Assembly (NCBI GenBank): GCA_963715335.1
Contig: CAVQRZ010000009.1
Location: forward strand, 117,861 to 181,860
DNA: 64,000 bases
Source: an uncultured delta proteobacterium
GTDB lineage: Bacteria; Desulfobacterota; Desulfuromonadia; Desulfuromonadales; BM103
Direction of reading: 5' to 3'
Below, in pieces: positions 19,146 to 29,713 of the stretch (positions are counted from its first letter, which is position 1; every line of letters begins with the position of its first letter). A program made the translations under genes and the position numbers. The notes beneath the pieces were generated by a model. It saw only the letters and a program-made list of their open reading frames with translations, searched no databases and had not been told where the DNA came from.

Positions 19146-19843
19146 ACCCTTGGTGGAAATATTTCGCAAGCGCAGCAAGCTGGTTTAAAAAGATCAGCGG
19201 CGGTCGGCCTTGGCCTGCAAGGCGTACGCTGGTATGCAGCTTGATAACCGGCCTGGTACTGGTTGAACTTGCCGGTTTTTACCTGGCCTACCGGACCGTC
19301 AAGCCGACGGTCGTCGAAGCCGTGGCACGCGAGCCGAAATCGGCAGAACAGTGGCGGATGGCCAATGACCGCCTGAGGCAAAAGATTGCCAGTCAACGGC
19401 CCAAAGCAGAATATCTGGTCATCGACACGGCCAGGAACCGGGTCACGTTGCGCAAAGGCGAGAGCGTTCTGCGCGACATGCTTGCCTCATGTGGCAGTGG
19501 CAGCGTGCTTGAGGACCCGGCCAGCAGCCGACGCTGGGTTTTCGACACCCCACGTGGACTGCATCGCGTTCAATCCAAGGTGAAAAATCCGCTCTGGATC
19601 AAACCGGACTGGGCCTTTCTCGAGGCCGGACTGCCGGTGCCGACGAATCCTTCCCAGCGTGCCGAGGCAGGCGTGATGGGCGACTATGCCCTCGGCCTCG
19701 GCAAAGGCTATTTCATTCATGGTACGCTCTACAAGCGCATGCTCGGCCGCAATGTGTCGCATGGCTGTGTGCGCCTTGGCGACGAGGACCTTGCTTATCT
19801 CTATCGTTCGATCCCGCTCGGGACGAAGGTTATTGTGTTTTGA
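19142..19843 (+). CDS. L,D-transpeptidase (YkuD) with N-terminal membrane anchor
   Basis: TPRG, PLWIKPDW and FIHGT...SHGCVRL motifs. Confidence 0.92.
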   Translation: MNPWWKYFASAASWFKKISGGRPWPARRTLVCSLITGLVLVELAGFYLAYRTVKPTVVEAVAREPKSAEQWRMANDRLRQKIASQRPKAEYLVIDTARNRVTLRKGESVLRDMLASCGSGSVLEDPASSRRWVFDTPRGLHRVQSKVKNPLWIKPDWAFLEAGLPVPTNPSQRAEAGVMGDYALGLGKGYFIHGTLYKRMLGRNVSHGCVRLGDEDLAYLYRSIPLGTKVIVF

Positions 19844-20519
19844 TGCGCTCCCTGCTGCTGACTGCGCTCCTGCTGCTCTGCGTCGGTTCCCCGCTCTCTG
19901 CTGAAGACGGCCGCACACTCGCCGACCTGCGGCAGGCCCATGCCCTGCTGCAGTCGGAATACACGCTGGTCAAAAGCGGCAACTCTTTTTGCTCTTCGAT
20001 CTCCAGGAGCAGCAGGTCCAGTTAAGGGGCAGCGGCCTGGTCCTCGAGTCCTGGCCGATCGAAGGCTTTCGGACCTGGGGGGGAACCTTTCTCACCTCTG
20101 CTGTTTCCCTGTTGCGTAAAACCAGCTTTAACGACCCCGAACGCGACGTGCAGGTGGCGGAGATCGCTACGCCCGCGGCCAGCATCAAACCGCCGAAAGC
20201 CCTGGAAATTGGTGATATGCCGACCCGTTATCGTCTGCACCTGGAGAACGGCATCGTGATCAGCGTGCGCCCGACCGCGGCTGATTGGCTTGCCCGGGTG
20301 CGGAGCCTTGGGGCCGTACCGGCCTGGTACCTGAGCCGGCCATTGATTTCCAGCTGGAATTCAGTGCGTGGCTCGACCTATAATGAAGTGGCCCTGTCCA
20401 TGACGGCACAGGATGCACGCATGCTGTACTGGGCCTTCCGCGAAAACACTCCTTGCCTGATTCGTTTTCCGGCGGAAGTGGCCGCCAAGGCCCCTCTCTC
20501 CGCCGGAGCGCAACGGTGA
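19843..20519 (+). pseudogene. Exported hypothetical protein (possible inactive YkuD-like), frameshifted near 19981-19990
   Basis: Signal-peptide ORF from ATG 19843 joins ORF 19989-20519 if one base is restored (KSGKLFLLFDLQ); translationally coupled on both sides. Confidence 0.65.
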
Positions 20520-21979
20520 CAACCGCCCAAAACAGCCGCCGACCCAAAGATTGGGGACGTTTTTTCGGCTTACACAGCCTGTGGGTCCGCCTGGCGCTTC
20601 TGATGCTGCTGACCAGCCTAAGCCTGGTTATGATCCTGGTGATTTTTTACCACCAGACCGAAGCCCGCTTCTATAATGAATTCTCGCGTCAGACCACGGA
20701 GCTTTCCAAGGCCATGCAGATCGGCATGGAAGGATCGGCCGGCGGCAGCTCGGACGAGCCGATGAATCTTGATGGCTACCTGGCCGGTATTAACGCCAAA
20801 GGGGTCAAGGAAGTTTCAGTCATCGGCAGTTCCAACCGAATCGTCGCCAGCACCAACCGGGAGAATGTCGGCAAGTGGATTACCCAGCAGCGCAAGGAGC
20901 TGATCTTCAAAGCCGACCTCGGTGAACCCGTCACCGGGGAAGGACAACTCTTCAACGTGATTGTGCCGCTCGTTGCGAGTGGCAAACCCGCCGGCTACAT
21001 TCACCTGAAATTGAACACCGAGGACTTCTCGATCCTCCTGCGGCTCAGCGCCATCCGCCGGATTCTTGCCGCCCTGTGCGTGCTCAGCATTGGCACGGCG
21101 GTCGCTGTGGTGCTGGCCCGTTACTATACCCGGCCAATCGCAGCCATGGCTGCAGCCGCGGAACACGTTGCCGCCGGCAACCTGGATCAAACCCTGCCGA
21201 CCCAGCGCCGTGATGAAATCGGCCAACTGGCACGCAGCTTCAACGCCTTGATTGTTCGTTTGCGAGAAGATCGCCAGTTACGCAAGCGGCTCCGCACAGC
21301 CGAACACCTGGCAAGCGCAGGGCAGTTTGCCCGCCACATCGCCCACGAAATCAAGAACCCGCTGAACTTCATCAGCCTGTCAATCGATCACATCGGCGAC
21401 ACCTATCGCCCACCCGATCACGAAACGGCCAGGCGCTTCGACGCCCTTATGCTCAACCTCAAGGGAGAGATCGGGCGGATCGGCCGGTTTGCCGAAAGCT
21501 TTCTCGAATACGGTCGACCTTTCGAGCTGCAGATCGAAGATTGCGATATTGAACAGGTCATCACCGAGGTCCTGGACCTGGTTTCGGCGCGGGCCAGGAG
21601 TGCCGGCATCAGCATTGTCCGTGAGACGGTGCCGTTGCCCCAGATAAAAGCAGACCACGCATTCCTGCGCACCTGCCTGCTCAATATTGTCAAGAATGCC
21701 TTCGAGGCGATGCCGGATGGCGGCACCTTCACGGTGAGCGGCACTCACAATGATAGCCAGCTGACCATGGTACTGCAGGACACCGGCATCGGGGTCGCTG
21801 CGGAAAATCTTGATAAACTGTTTACTCCGTTGTTTTCAACCAAGCAGAACGGCTTGGGGCTCGGCCTTGCTCTGACCCGGCGAGTCATTGAAGAGCATGG
21901 CGGCAAAGTCCAGTTCGAGAGCGAGCCGGGGCGGGGGAGCAGCGTATCCTTCAGCCTGCCGCTGGACAAGGAGAAATGA
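20516..21979 (+). CDS. HAMP-domain sensor histidine kinase
   Basis: Two TM segments; HAMP (RRDEIGQLARSFN), H-box AHEIKNPL, DTGIG and GLGLGL; GTG start inferred from overlap. Confidence 0.92.
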   Translation: MTTAQNSRRPKDWGRFFGLHSLWVRLALLMLLTSLSLVMILVIFYHQTEARFYNEFSRQTTELSKAMQIGMEGSAGGSSDEPMNLDGYLAGINAKGVKEVSVIGSSNRIVASTNRENVGKWITQQRKELIFKADLGEPVTGEGQLFNVIVPLVASGKPAGYIHLKLNTEDFSILLRLSAIRRILAALCVLSIGTAVAVVLARYYTRPIAAMAAAAEHVAAGNLDQTLPTQRRDEIGQLARSFNALIVRLREDRQLRKRLRTAEHLASAGQFARHIAHEIKNPLNFISLSIDHIGDTYRPPDHETARRFDALMLNLKGEIGRIGRFAESFLEYGRPFELQIEDCDIEQVITEVLDLVSARARSAGISIVRETVPLPQIKADHAFLRTCLLNIVKNAFEAMPDGGTFTVSGTHNDSQLTMVLQDTGIGVAAENLDKLFTPLFSTKQNGLGLGLALTRRVIEEHGGKVQFESEPGRGSSVSFSLPLDKEK

Positions 21980-23358
21980 TGAAACCGGTTATCCTGGTGG
22001 TTGACGACGAGCCTCTGCAGCGCGATATCATGAGAACCATTCTCGAAGGCGAGGGCTACCCTGTCGAGACGGCCGCGTCGGGGATCGAAGCGTTGACGAT
22101 CATGAAAAAAACTCCGGCCGACCTGGTTTTAACCGACCTGAGGATGACCGGCATGGATGGCCTTGAACTGCTGGCGGCAATGCCGCGCGGCGCGGTGCCG
22201 CCGCCGGTGATCATCGTCACAGCGCACGGCACTATCGACTCGGCGGTGGAGGCGGTTCGCAAAGGCGCCTTTGACTACCTGACCAAGCCACTCGACAAAA
22301 CCAGGCTTCTGCTGACGGTCAACAAGGCGAGCGAGCGCATCGCAATTCTGAAAGAGAATACCCGTCTCAAGCAGGAGCTCTACGGCCGTTTTCGGCTCGA
22401 CGGGATCATCGCTCATTCATCGGCCATGCACCGGGTCATCAATCTGCTGCAGAAAGTCGCTGAGTCTTCCAGCACTGTTTTGTTGCTCGGCGAAAGCGGC
22501 AGCGGCAAGGAGCTTGCGGCACGCGCCATTCACTACAACAGCCCAAGGCGCAGTCGTCCCTTTACAGCGCTCAACTGCGCGGCGATTCCGGACGCCTTGT
22601 TCGAGAACGAGCTGTTCGGTCACGAAGCTGGCGCCTACACCGGTGCGCTCGGGCGGCGCCAGGGGCTCTTCGAGGTCAGCGATGGCGGCACCCTGTTCCT
22701 TGATGAGATCGGCGACCTGCCGATGTCGATGCAATCGAAACTGCTGCGCGTCCTGCAGGATCGTGAAGTACGCAGGATCGGTGGTAAAGAACCGATCCTC
22801 ATTGACGTCCGCATCATTGCGGCGACCAACAAGGACCTGGAAACCGCGGTGGAAAAAGGCACCTTCCGCGAGGATCTGTTCTACCGTCTCAACGTCGTCA
22901 GCATAGAACTGCCGCCACTTCGCGAACGCCGCGAGGATCTCGTCCCGCTGGTCGAGCATTACCTGCAAAAGTTCAGCACCGAGTTCGGTCGAGCGGTATG
23001 TGAAATCGCGCCAGACGCCATGCGTCTGCTGGTCGAGCATCGCTGGCCGGGCAATGTGCGGCAACTCGCGGCAGTGATGGAGCGTGCCGTGCTGCTCAGC
23101 GACGGCCCGGTTCTGACCAGGGAGGACATCGCCAATCGCCTGCAGCCCCGCAAAACCGCCGACCCGAACCGACTTGAACTCCCCGAGGAAGGCCTCGACC
23201 TCGAAGCCTTCGAAAAGGAGATGATCCGCAAGGCCCTCGTGCGCACCGGCGGGATGGCGACGCGCGCGGCAAAACTGCTGAATATGAGCTACAAAACCTT
23301 TCTCTATCGCGTGGAGAAATACGGCATCACCAATGATCGCCAAGACGAGAGCCGGTAG
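21976..23358 (+). CDS. Sigma54-dependent response regulator (NtrC family)
   Basis: Receiver domain, GESGSGKE, GAYTGA, FLDEIG, WPGNVR and Fis-type HTH. Confidence 0.95.
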   Translation: MMKPVILVVDDEPLQRDIMRTILEGEGYPVETAASGIEALTIMKKTPADLVLTDLRMTGMDGLELLAAMPRGAVPPPVIIVTAHGTIDSAVEAVRKGAFDYLTKPLDKTRLLLTVNKASERIAILKENTRLKQELYGRFRLDGIIAHSSAMHRVINLLQKVAESSSTVLLLGESGSGKELAARAIHYNSPRRSRPFTALNCAAIPDALFENELFGHEAGAYTGALGRRQGLFEVSDGGTLFLDEIGDLPMSMQSKLLRVLQDREVRRIGGKEPILIDVRIIAATNKDLETAVEKGTFREDLFYRLNVVSIELPPLRERREDLVPLVEHYLQKFSTEFGRAVCEIAPDAMRLLVEHRWPGNVRQLAAVMERAVLLSDGPVLTREDIANRLQPRKTADPNRLELPEEGLDLEAFEKEMIRKALVRTGGMATRAAKLLNMSYKTFLYRVEKYGITNDRQDESR

Positions 23359-23490
23359 GAGTTTACCGCTCTATGCCGCCTGCGCCTTATCCTCCTCCTG
23401 AAACCGCCGTAAAAACCATGGTTGACTTGCGACGAATGACCCCTCTATCATTGGAGGATAAGGAATGTTTTCACTCGTTAAGGATTGTTT

Positions 23491-24009
23491 ATGGCCTTAC
23501 TCAAGATACGTCACTACCCGGACCCGGTCCTGAAAAAGGTGGCCACTCCGGTCACCGAGTTTGACGACTCACTGCGTCAGTTGGCCCACGACATGGCCGA
23601 GACGATGTACGCCGCCCCCGGTGTCGGCCTGGCCGCGCCGCAGGTCGGCATCAGCAAACGGTTGGCGGTGATCGACTGCTCGGCCCGCGATGAGGGCGCC
23701 CAGCTGCTGGTGCTGGTCAACCCGGAAATCATCGACCGGGAAGGCGACGCCTGTGAAGAAGAAGGCTGCCTGTCGGTCCCGGAGTACTATGCCAAGGTCA
23801 GCCGCAGCGCCAGAGTCAAGGTGCGGTTCCAGGACCTCGACGAACGGCCCCACACCATTGAGGCGGCGGGGCTGACGGCGATCGCCTGCCAGCATGAGAT
23901 CGACCACCTCGACGGCATCCTCTTCGTCGATCACCTCTCACCGCTCAAGCGCAGCATTTTCCGTAAGAAGTGGCAAAAGATCCAGGACCACCTCGCGGAG
24001 CAGATGTGA
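23491..24009 (+). CDS. def: Peptide deformylase
   Basis: GVGLAAPQ, EGCLS and QHEIDHL motifs. Confidence 0.97.
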   Translation: MALLKIRHYPDPVLKKVATPVTEFDDSLRQLAHDMAETMYAAPGVGLAAPQVGISKRLAVIDCSARDEGAQLLVLVNPEIIDREGDACEEEGCLSVPEYYAKVSRSARVKVRFQDLDERPHTIEAAGLTAIACQHEIDHLDGILFVDHLSPLKRSIFRKKWQKIQDHLAEQM

Positions 24010-24950
24010 TGCGACCGCAGGACTTACGGACCGTTTTCATGGGAACCCCCGACTTCGCCCTGCAGACTCTGCAGGGCTTAATCGATGCGGGCTGCAACCT
24101 GGTCGGCGTCTACACCCAGCCGGACCGGCCCAAAGGTCGAGGCAAACAGCTGGCGGCGCCGCCGGTCAAGGCGCTTGCCCTGCAGCACAAAATCCCGGTC
24201 TTCCAGCCACAAAAACTGCGCCAGCCCGAGGTGGTCAGCGAACTCAGGGCACTGGCCCCCGACCTGATTGTGGTTGTGGCATATGGACAGATTCTGCCGA
24301 AGAGCGTGCTCGACATCCCGGCACACGGCTGCATCAACGTGCATGCCTCACTGCTGCCCAGATACCGCGGCGCGGCGCCGATCAACAAGGCGATCATTGA
24401 CGGCGAGACGGCAACCGGCATCACCACCATGTTCATGGACGTCGGCCTCGATACCGGCGACATGCTGGTGAAAAGGGCCTTGCCGATCGGCCCGGAAGAA
24501 ACCGCCGGTGAACTGCACGACCGCCTGGCCGTGCTTGGTCGCGAAACGATGGAGGAAACCCTGCGGCAGCTCTGTGCCGGCACCCTGCGCAGAGAAGTCC
24601 AGGATGATGCTCAGAGCACCTATGCCCCGATGATGAAAAAGGAGGACGGCCGTATCGACTGGGGCCGCTCCGCGACCGAAGTGCACAATCAGGTGCGCGG
24701 GCTCGACCCCTGGCCCGGCGCTTACACCAGCCTGAACGGCGAGCTGCTGAAACTCGCCCGCACCCGCCCGGAGGCAGACGGTGACGCATCGCCCGGTACG
24801 GTCATCGCCGCCGACCGCGAGGGCGTGCGCATCGCCTGCGGCAATGGCTCGCTGCTGGTCAGGGAGCTTCAGCTGGCAGGCCGCAAACGCCTCGGGGCCG
24901 CCGATTTCCTGCGCGGCTGTGCGCTGGAGCCCGGGATGGTTCTTGAATAG
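24009..24950 (+). CDS. fmt: Methionyl-tRNA formyltransferase
   Basis: FMGTPDF and [16 protein letters not shown] motifs; follows def. Confidence 0.97.
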   Translation: MRPQDLRTVFMGTPDFALQTLQGLIDAGCNLVGVYTQPDRPKGRGKQLAAPPVKALALQHKIPVFQPQKLRQPEVVSELRALAPDLIVVVAYGQILPKSVLDIPAHGCINVHASLLPRYRGAAPINKAIIDGETATGITTMFMDVGLDTGDMLVKRALPIGPEETAGELHDRLAVLGRETMEETLRQLCAGTLRREVQDDAQSTYAPMMKKEDGRIDWGRSATEVHNQVRGLDPWPGAYTSLNGELLKLARTRPEADGDASPGTVIAADREGVRIACGNGSLLVRELQLAGRKRLGAADFLRGCALEPGMVLE

Positions 24951-25042
24951 ACTGCGCCATTGATTTTTCAAAAAGAGTGGTTACATTTTACGCCGCAGAT
25001 TTTCGCAAACACCCTGATCAACAAAGAAGGCTTTGGCAGATT

Positions 25043-25879
25043 ATGAATACCTTGCGCACTGTTGTCCTGCTGACCGTTTTAACCCTTGGCCTGGTTTTCA
25101 TCGGCGGCCTGATTGGCGGCCAGCAGGGCGCGCTGATCGCCCTGATCCTGGCCGGCGCCATGAACATGGGCTCCTACTGGTTTTCCGACAAGATCGTCAT
25201 CAAGATGTATCGCGGCAGCGAGGTAACCAGCGGCCAACTGTTCGACGTGGTCGCCGAAATCTGCCAGGCCAACCGGCTGCCGATGCCGAAGGTTTACACC
25301 CTGCCGCAATCGACCCCGAATGCCTTCGCGACCGGCCGCAACCCTGACCATGCCGTGGTCGCCGCAACCGAGGGGATCACGCAGATTCTGACCCGCGACG
25401 AACTGAAAGGGGTCATGGCTCACGAAATGAGCCACGTCATGCATCGTGACATCCTGATCGGCTCGATCGCCGCAACGATCGCCGGCGCCATCGCCTATCT
25501 GGCGCACATGGCCCAGTGGTCAGCGATGTTCGGTGGTTTCGGCCGCGACGACGAAGACAGCAACCCGCTCGCTTTGATCGCCCTGGCGATTATTGCGCCG
25601 CTGGCAGCGATGCTGATCCAAATGGCGATTTCCCGCTCCCGTGAATTCGAAGCGGACAAGGGTGGGGCGCAGCTGTGCGGCAACCCGCTTTCCCTGGCCA
25701 GCGCCTTGCGCAAGCTGGAAAACGCCAACCAGACCATGCCGATGCCCCGGGTCAACGAAGCCACCGCACACATGTTCATCGTCAATCCCCTGAGAGGGAG
25801 CGGGATCAAGGCCCTGTTTACCACTCATCCGCCGATGGCGGAACGCATCCGGCGGCTCGAGGAGATGGCCGGAAGATAA
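25043..25879 (+). CDS. htpX: Zinc metalloprotease HtpX
   Basis: [21 protein letters not shown] and THPP motifs. Confidence 0.95.
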   Translation: MNTLRTVVLLTVLTLGLVFIGGLIGGQQGALIALILAGAMNMGSYWFSDKIVIKMYRGSEVTSGQLFDVVAEICQANRLPMPKVYTLPQSTPNAFATGRNPDHAVVAATEGITQILTRDELKGVMAHEMSHVMHRDILIGSIAATIAGAIAYLAHMAQWSAMFGGFGRDDEDSNPLALIALAIIAPLAAMLIQMAISRSREFEADKGGAQLCGNPLSLASALRKLENANQTMPMPRVNEATAHMFIVNPLRGSGIKALFTTHPPMAERIRRLEEMAGR

Positions 25880-25895
25880 GTTGTGTACACTTTGC

Positions 25896-25931
25896 AAAAG
25901 GACGGCTCCATTCGGAAGCCGTCCTTTTTTA
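25896..25931 (+). terminator. htpX terminator
   Basis: aaaaggacggct/agccgtcctttt stem plus T-run. Confidence 0.85.
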
Positions 25932-25989
25932 TTAGTCTTAAAAGTTTCACTGCTTTTGGTGTTACTGCTTTGCTTTTTTACTGTGCCTT

Positions 25990-26450
25990 TCCCTCCCTTT
26001 GAGTGCCGCCGAACAGAATGAAATTAATCCGGATAACCGAAGAAAAACTGTCTGAGGCGTTAGCCGAGTTTTTTTCTTCGCCGGATTGATTTTATGGCGT
26101 GAGGGAACCTGCCATAGTGCAAAGCGCTATGGCGGGCAAACGGAGGGCGGCCTTCTTTTGCCTACTTTTCTTGGCCGGCAAGAAAAGTAGGGCGCCTGCC
26201 GGGCGCAACCGGCAAACCATCAATCAATGCAAGTAGATACAGGGGTTGCGGCCCCTGACGCCGCCTTACTTTCTTTGCTTGTGCAAAAGAAAGTAAGCAA
26301 AGAAACACACCCAATGCCTTGCCCGCTGCGCGGGTTCCCGGTGCCGAAAAGATGAACGTCGGCAGGGCGAAAACTCGGCTTGCGCCTCAAACAGTTCGCC
26401 CTGCTGATCGACGTTAATCCATTCGTCACCGGCTGCAGCAACAGGGGAGG
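25990..26450. repeat. Two related ~220-bp structured repeats in inverted (back-to-back) arrangement
   Basis: actgtctgaggcgttagccgagtttt / gggaacctgc / ctacttttcttg..caagaaaagtag in the left unit recur reverse-complemented in the right unit. Confidence 0.8.
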
Positions 26451-26471
26451 AGAAGCATAAACGGATACTGA

Positions 26472-26508
26472 AATTATGGTGACACAATGCTATTGTGTCA
26501 CCATAATT
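26472..26508. repeat. 37-bp palindrome AATTATGGTGACACAAT-GCT-ATTGTGTCACCATAATT
   Basis: Perfect 17-bp arms just upstream of rsmB. Confidence 0.85.
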
Positions 26509-26535
26509 GGATTATCACATAACGATCAGGTCCAG

Positions 26536-27922
26536 ATGCCCACTCAACAAACAGTTAAAGAAATCAACGCCCGCTCCGGCGCCTACGAAATCCTGCAGCG
26601 CGTCGAACAGGGCGGCTACGCCGATCGGTTGCTCGACAGCTACCTGCAGCGCCACCCGACGCTGGAGGCTCGCGAGAAAGGGTCTGCTGACTGAGCTGGT
26701 CTACGGCATCCTGCGCCTGCGCGGACGGCTCGACTTCGCCCTCGGTCTGTTTTCCCGCCAGCCGCTGCAGAAGCTGGAAACCGATGCCTTGCTGCTGTTG
26801 CGCCTCGGCGCCTACCAGCTCCTCCAGCTCGACCGGGTTCCGGCCCATGCCGCAGTGCATGCCACTGTCGAACTGGCCCACCAGGTCGGCATGGGGCGGG
26901 TGGCCGGCCTGGTCAACGGCACGCTGCGCACGCTGGAAAGACAAAAGACGACGATCGCCTGGCCGACACCGGACAACCTGAGCGCTTACCTGCAGCACGT
27001 CTGCAGTCTGCCGAAATGGCTGGCGAAAGCCTTGCTGCACCAGTTTCCCAACGCAGAATCCCGGGCGCTGGCTGAAGCCCTGGCCCTGGCGGCACCACAG
27101 GCCTTGCGGGTCAATACCCTGAAGACCGATCGGCAGAGCTACCTTGCGGCACTGGCTGAGGCAGGTCATTCGGCCCGGCCATGCCATTATGCGCCGGAGG
27201 GAATCCTTCTCGAGCAGCGTGCCGCGCAGCCGTTGCCGGGCGACCACGAAGGCTGGTACCAGGTCCAGGACGAGGCGAGCATGCTGGTTTCCCATCTGCT
27301 CGAGGCAAAGCCCGGCGACCGGATCCTTGACGCCTGCGCGGCGCCGGGCGGCAAAACCACCCACCTGGCAGCCCTGACCGGCAACCAGGCCAAAATCATG
27401 GCCCTGGACAAATATCCACAGAGGGTCGAACTGATCGAGCAGGGCGCAAGCCGGCTTGGCTGCCGGGGGATCGAAACCCGGTGCTGGGATCTCACCGAAG
27501 CCCCTGCCAGCCTCGAACCGGAATCGTTTGACCGGATTCTCGTCGACGCACCCTGCAGCGGACTCGGGGTGTTGCGCCGCAACCCGGAAAGTCGCTGGAG
27601 ACGGAAACCGGCGGACATGACCACGCTCTCTGCGCTGCAGTCGACGATCCTCAATCACGTCGCACCGTTGCTGCGTCCCGGCGGTCTTCTGCTCTATTCT
27701 GTCTGCACCTTCGGCGAAGCAGAGACCGATGCCGTGGTCAGGCAGTTTCTGGCGGCTCATCCCGATATGACCCTCGAGAACTTGCGCAGCGCCCTGCCCC
27801 CAGAATGGCTCGGGCTGACAACCGACACCGGCTGTCTGCGCACCCTGCCGCATCGTCACGACAGCATGGATGCCTTCTTCGCAGCAAGGTTTGTTAAAGG
27901 ACAGGGAAAAGAAAAGAGGTAA
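26536..27922 (+). pseudogene. rsmB: 16S rRNA m5C967 methyltransferase RsmB, frameshifted at aaaggg 26677-26682 (likely assembly error)
   Basis: NusB-like N-terminus in frame 26476 continues as GLLTELVYG in frame 26507; QDEAS, DACAAPGGKT, DAPCSG and YSVCT motifs. Confidence 0.9.
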
Positions 27923-28053
27923 CAGGAAAGCGGGCCCCTCACCTCCCTTTCAACTGGCCAAACCATTTTCATATAGGTTATAAAGAGCCAGTAACTTAAT
28001 CTTTTGCATGGCCGGTGCACCATAACCGGCGGTTCATGCAGCGGAGATTCATC

Positions 28054-28719
28054 ATGATCAAAATTGCCCCATCAATCCTGTCCGCCGATTTTTCGCGTTT
28101 GGGGGAAGAGGTCCGGGCTATTGACCGGGCCGGTGCCGACTACATCCATGTTGATGTCATGGACGGCCACTTCGTGCCGAACATCACGATCGGGCCGCTG
28201 GTGGTCGACGCCCTGCGCAAGGTCACCGCCAAACCGCTCGACGTTCACCTGATGATCGAGAACCCGGACCGGTATATTGCCGACTTCGCCAGGGCCGGTG
28301 CTGATATTATCACCATCCACCAGGAGGCGGTTGCGCACCTGCACCGTAGCGTGCAACTGATCAAAAGCCTCGGCAAACAGGCCGGAGTTTCGCTTAACCC
28401 GGCGACCCCGGTGGAGACGCTCGATGTGATCCTCGATGAACTCGACCTGGTGCTGGTCATGTCGGTCAACCCGGGCTTTGGCGGGCAGGCGTTCATTCCC
28501 TCGGCTCTCGACAAGATTCGTGCCCTGCGCCAGCGCATCACGCAACGCGGCCTCGCCACGGAACTGCAGGTCGATGGCGGCATCAAGGTCGACAATATTC
28601 GTGCTGTGGTGGCCGCCGGGGCCGATGTCCTGGTGGCAGGCAGCGCTGTATTCTCTTCCGACGACTATGCCGCGACCATCACGGCCTTGCGGGAGAGTGC
28701 TCTCAGTACAGCCGTCTGA
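28054..28719 (+). CDS. rpe: Ribulose-phosphate 3-epimerase
   Basis: [32 protein letters not shown] and VDGG motifs. Confidence 0.97.
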   Translation: MIKIAPSILSADFSRLGEEVRAIDRAGADYIHVDVMDGHFVPNITIGPLVVDALRKVTAKPLDVHLMIENPDRYIADFARAGADIITIHQEAVAHLHRSVQLIKSLGKQAGVSLNPATPVETLDVILDELDLVLVMSVNPGFGGQAFIPSALDKIRALRQRITQRGLATELQVDGGIKVDNIRAVVAAGADVLVAGSAVFSSDDYAATITALRESALSTAV

Positions 28720-29285
28720 TGCTCGATCGCAAACGCCTGGCCAGCCACTTTCAGGCTTTCCCGCGCCAGACCATCCCGGTCGGCTCCTTGCGTCCGGCCG
28801 CGGTCCTGGTCCCCCTCTTTAATCGCAACGGCGATGATCACCTGCTCTTTACCGAGCGGACGGCCCACCTCGAACACCATGCCGGGGAAATTTCCTTTCC
28901 GGGCGGCGGCCACGATGCCAGGGACCAAGATCTGACGGTCACGGCGCTGCGTGAAACCGAAGAGGAACTCGGCATCCCGAGGAGCCAGGTCGATGTCCTC
29001 GGTCGCCTGGATGATTTCTATTCGATCCACGGCTACCACGTGATCCCCTACGTTGGCGTGATTCCAAGTCCGGATAATCTGCAGCACGACCCCTTTGAAA
29101 TTGCCGGCACCTTCGAAGCGCCGCTCGATTATTTCCGCAATCCGGCAATCCATCGGATCGAAGACTGGCGGCACCGAGAGCGCACCCATCTGGTGGACTT
29201 CTACCAGTTCGGGGAGCATGTCATCTGGGGGCTGACCGCCGCGATCCTGCGCCAGTTTCTTGAAGAAACGGCAGGCCTGCGTTGA
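28719..29285 (+). CDS. CoA pyrophosphatase (Nudix, NudL-like)
   Basis: AAVLVP, HAGEISFPGG, ALRETEEELG and IWGLTA motifs. Confidence 0.92.
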   Translation: MLDRKRLASHFQAFPRQTIPVGSLRPAAVLVPLFNRNGDDHLLFTERTAHLEHHAGEISFPGGGHDARDQDLTVTALRETEEELGIPRSQVDVLGRLDDFYSIHGYHVIPYVGVIPSPDNLQHDPFEIAGTFEAPLDYFRNPAIHRIEDWRHRERTHLVDFYQFGEHVIWGLTAAILRQFLEETAGLR

Positions 29286-29332
29286 ACGGGAGACTCTGGG
29301 CAAGGGGCTCTCAGACGGGGTGAAACAGGTAA

Positions 29333-29623
29333 TCAAGCGGGTTGACAGGTCATGCCAGGAGGAAAGTCGAGACCGAGCATGCGGTCGAGAACGCCCCGTT
29401 CATCGAGGTCGAAAAGCTCTGGGCAGCCGCCGACCAGAGCGTCGTTGACGAAAATTTCCGGGACGCTCTGGCGTTGACTGCGTTGCTGCATTTCTGCTGC
29501 CTTGAGGAGGTCGTTGGTGATATCATGCTCAACAAAATCCACCCCCTTGATGCGCAGGAGGTCCTTGGCACGTTGGCAGTAAGCGCAGTTGCGCTTGGTA
29601 TAGATTTCTACACTGATTCCCAT
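29333..29623 (-). CDS. grxC: Glutaredoxin (Grx3-like)
   Basis: IYTKRNCAYC, SVPEIF and VGGC motifs. Confidence 0.85.
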   Translation of the reverse strand: MGISVEIYTKRNCAYCQRAKDLLRIKGVDFVEHDITNDLLKAAEMQQRSQRQSVPEIFVNDALVGGCPELFDLDERGVLDRMLGLDFPPGMTCQPA

Positions 29624-29713
29624 TGCACCCTGTTCCGGGATGGTTTTCCACTAAAGGATAAGATACCCCAGACCACCGAGGATGCAAGCAACGGAAAGGA
29701 AAATTCTGTGAAG

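Noticed and set aside
22625..22650. GAYTGA instead of GAFTGA suggesting a sigma54-independent regulator
   Set aside because: The Tyr variant occurs in functional activators, and a sigma54 promoter is present upstream of the operon
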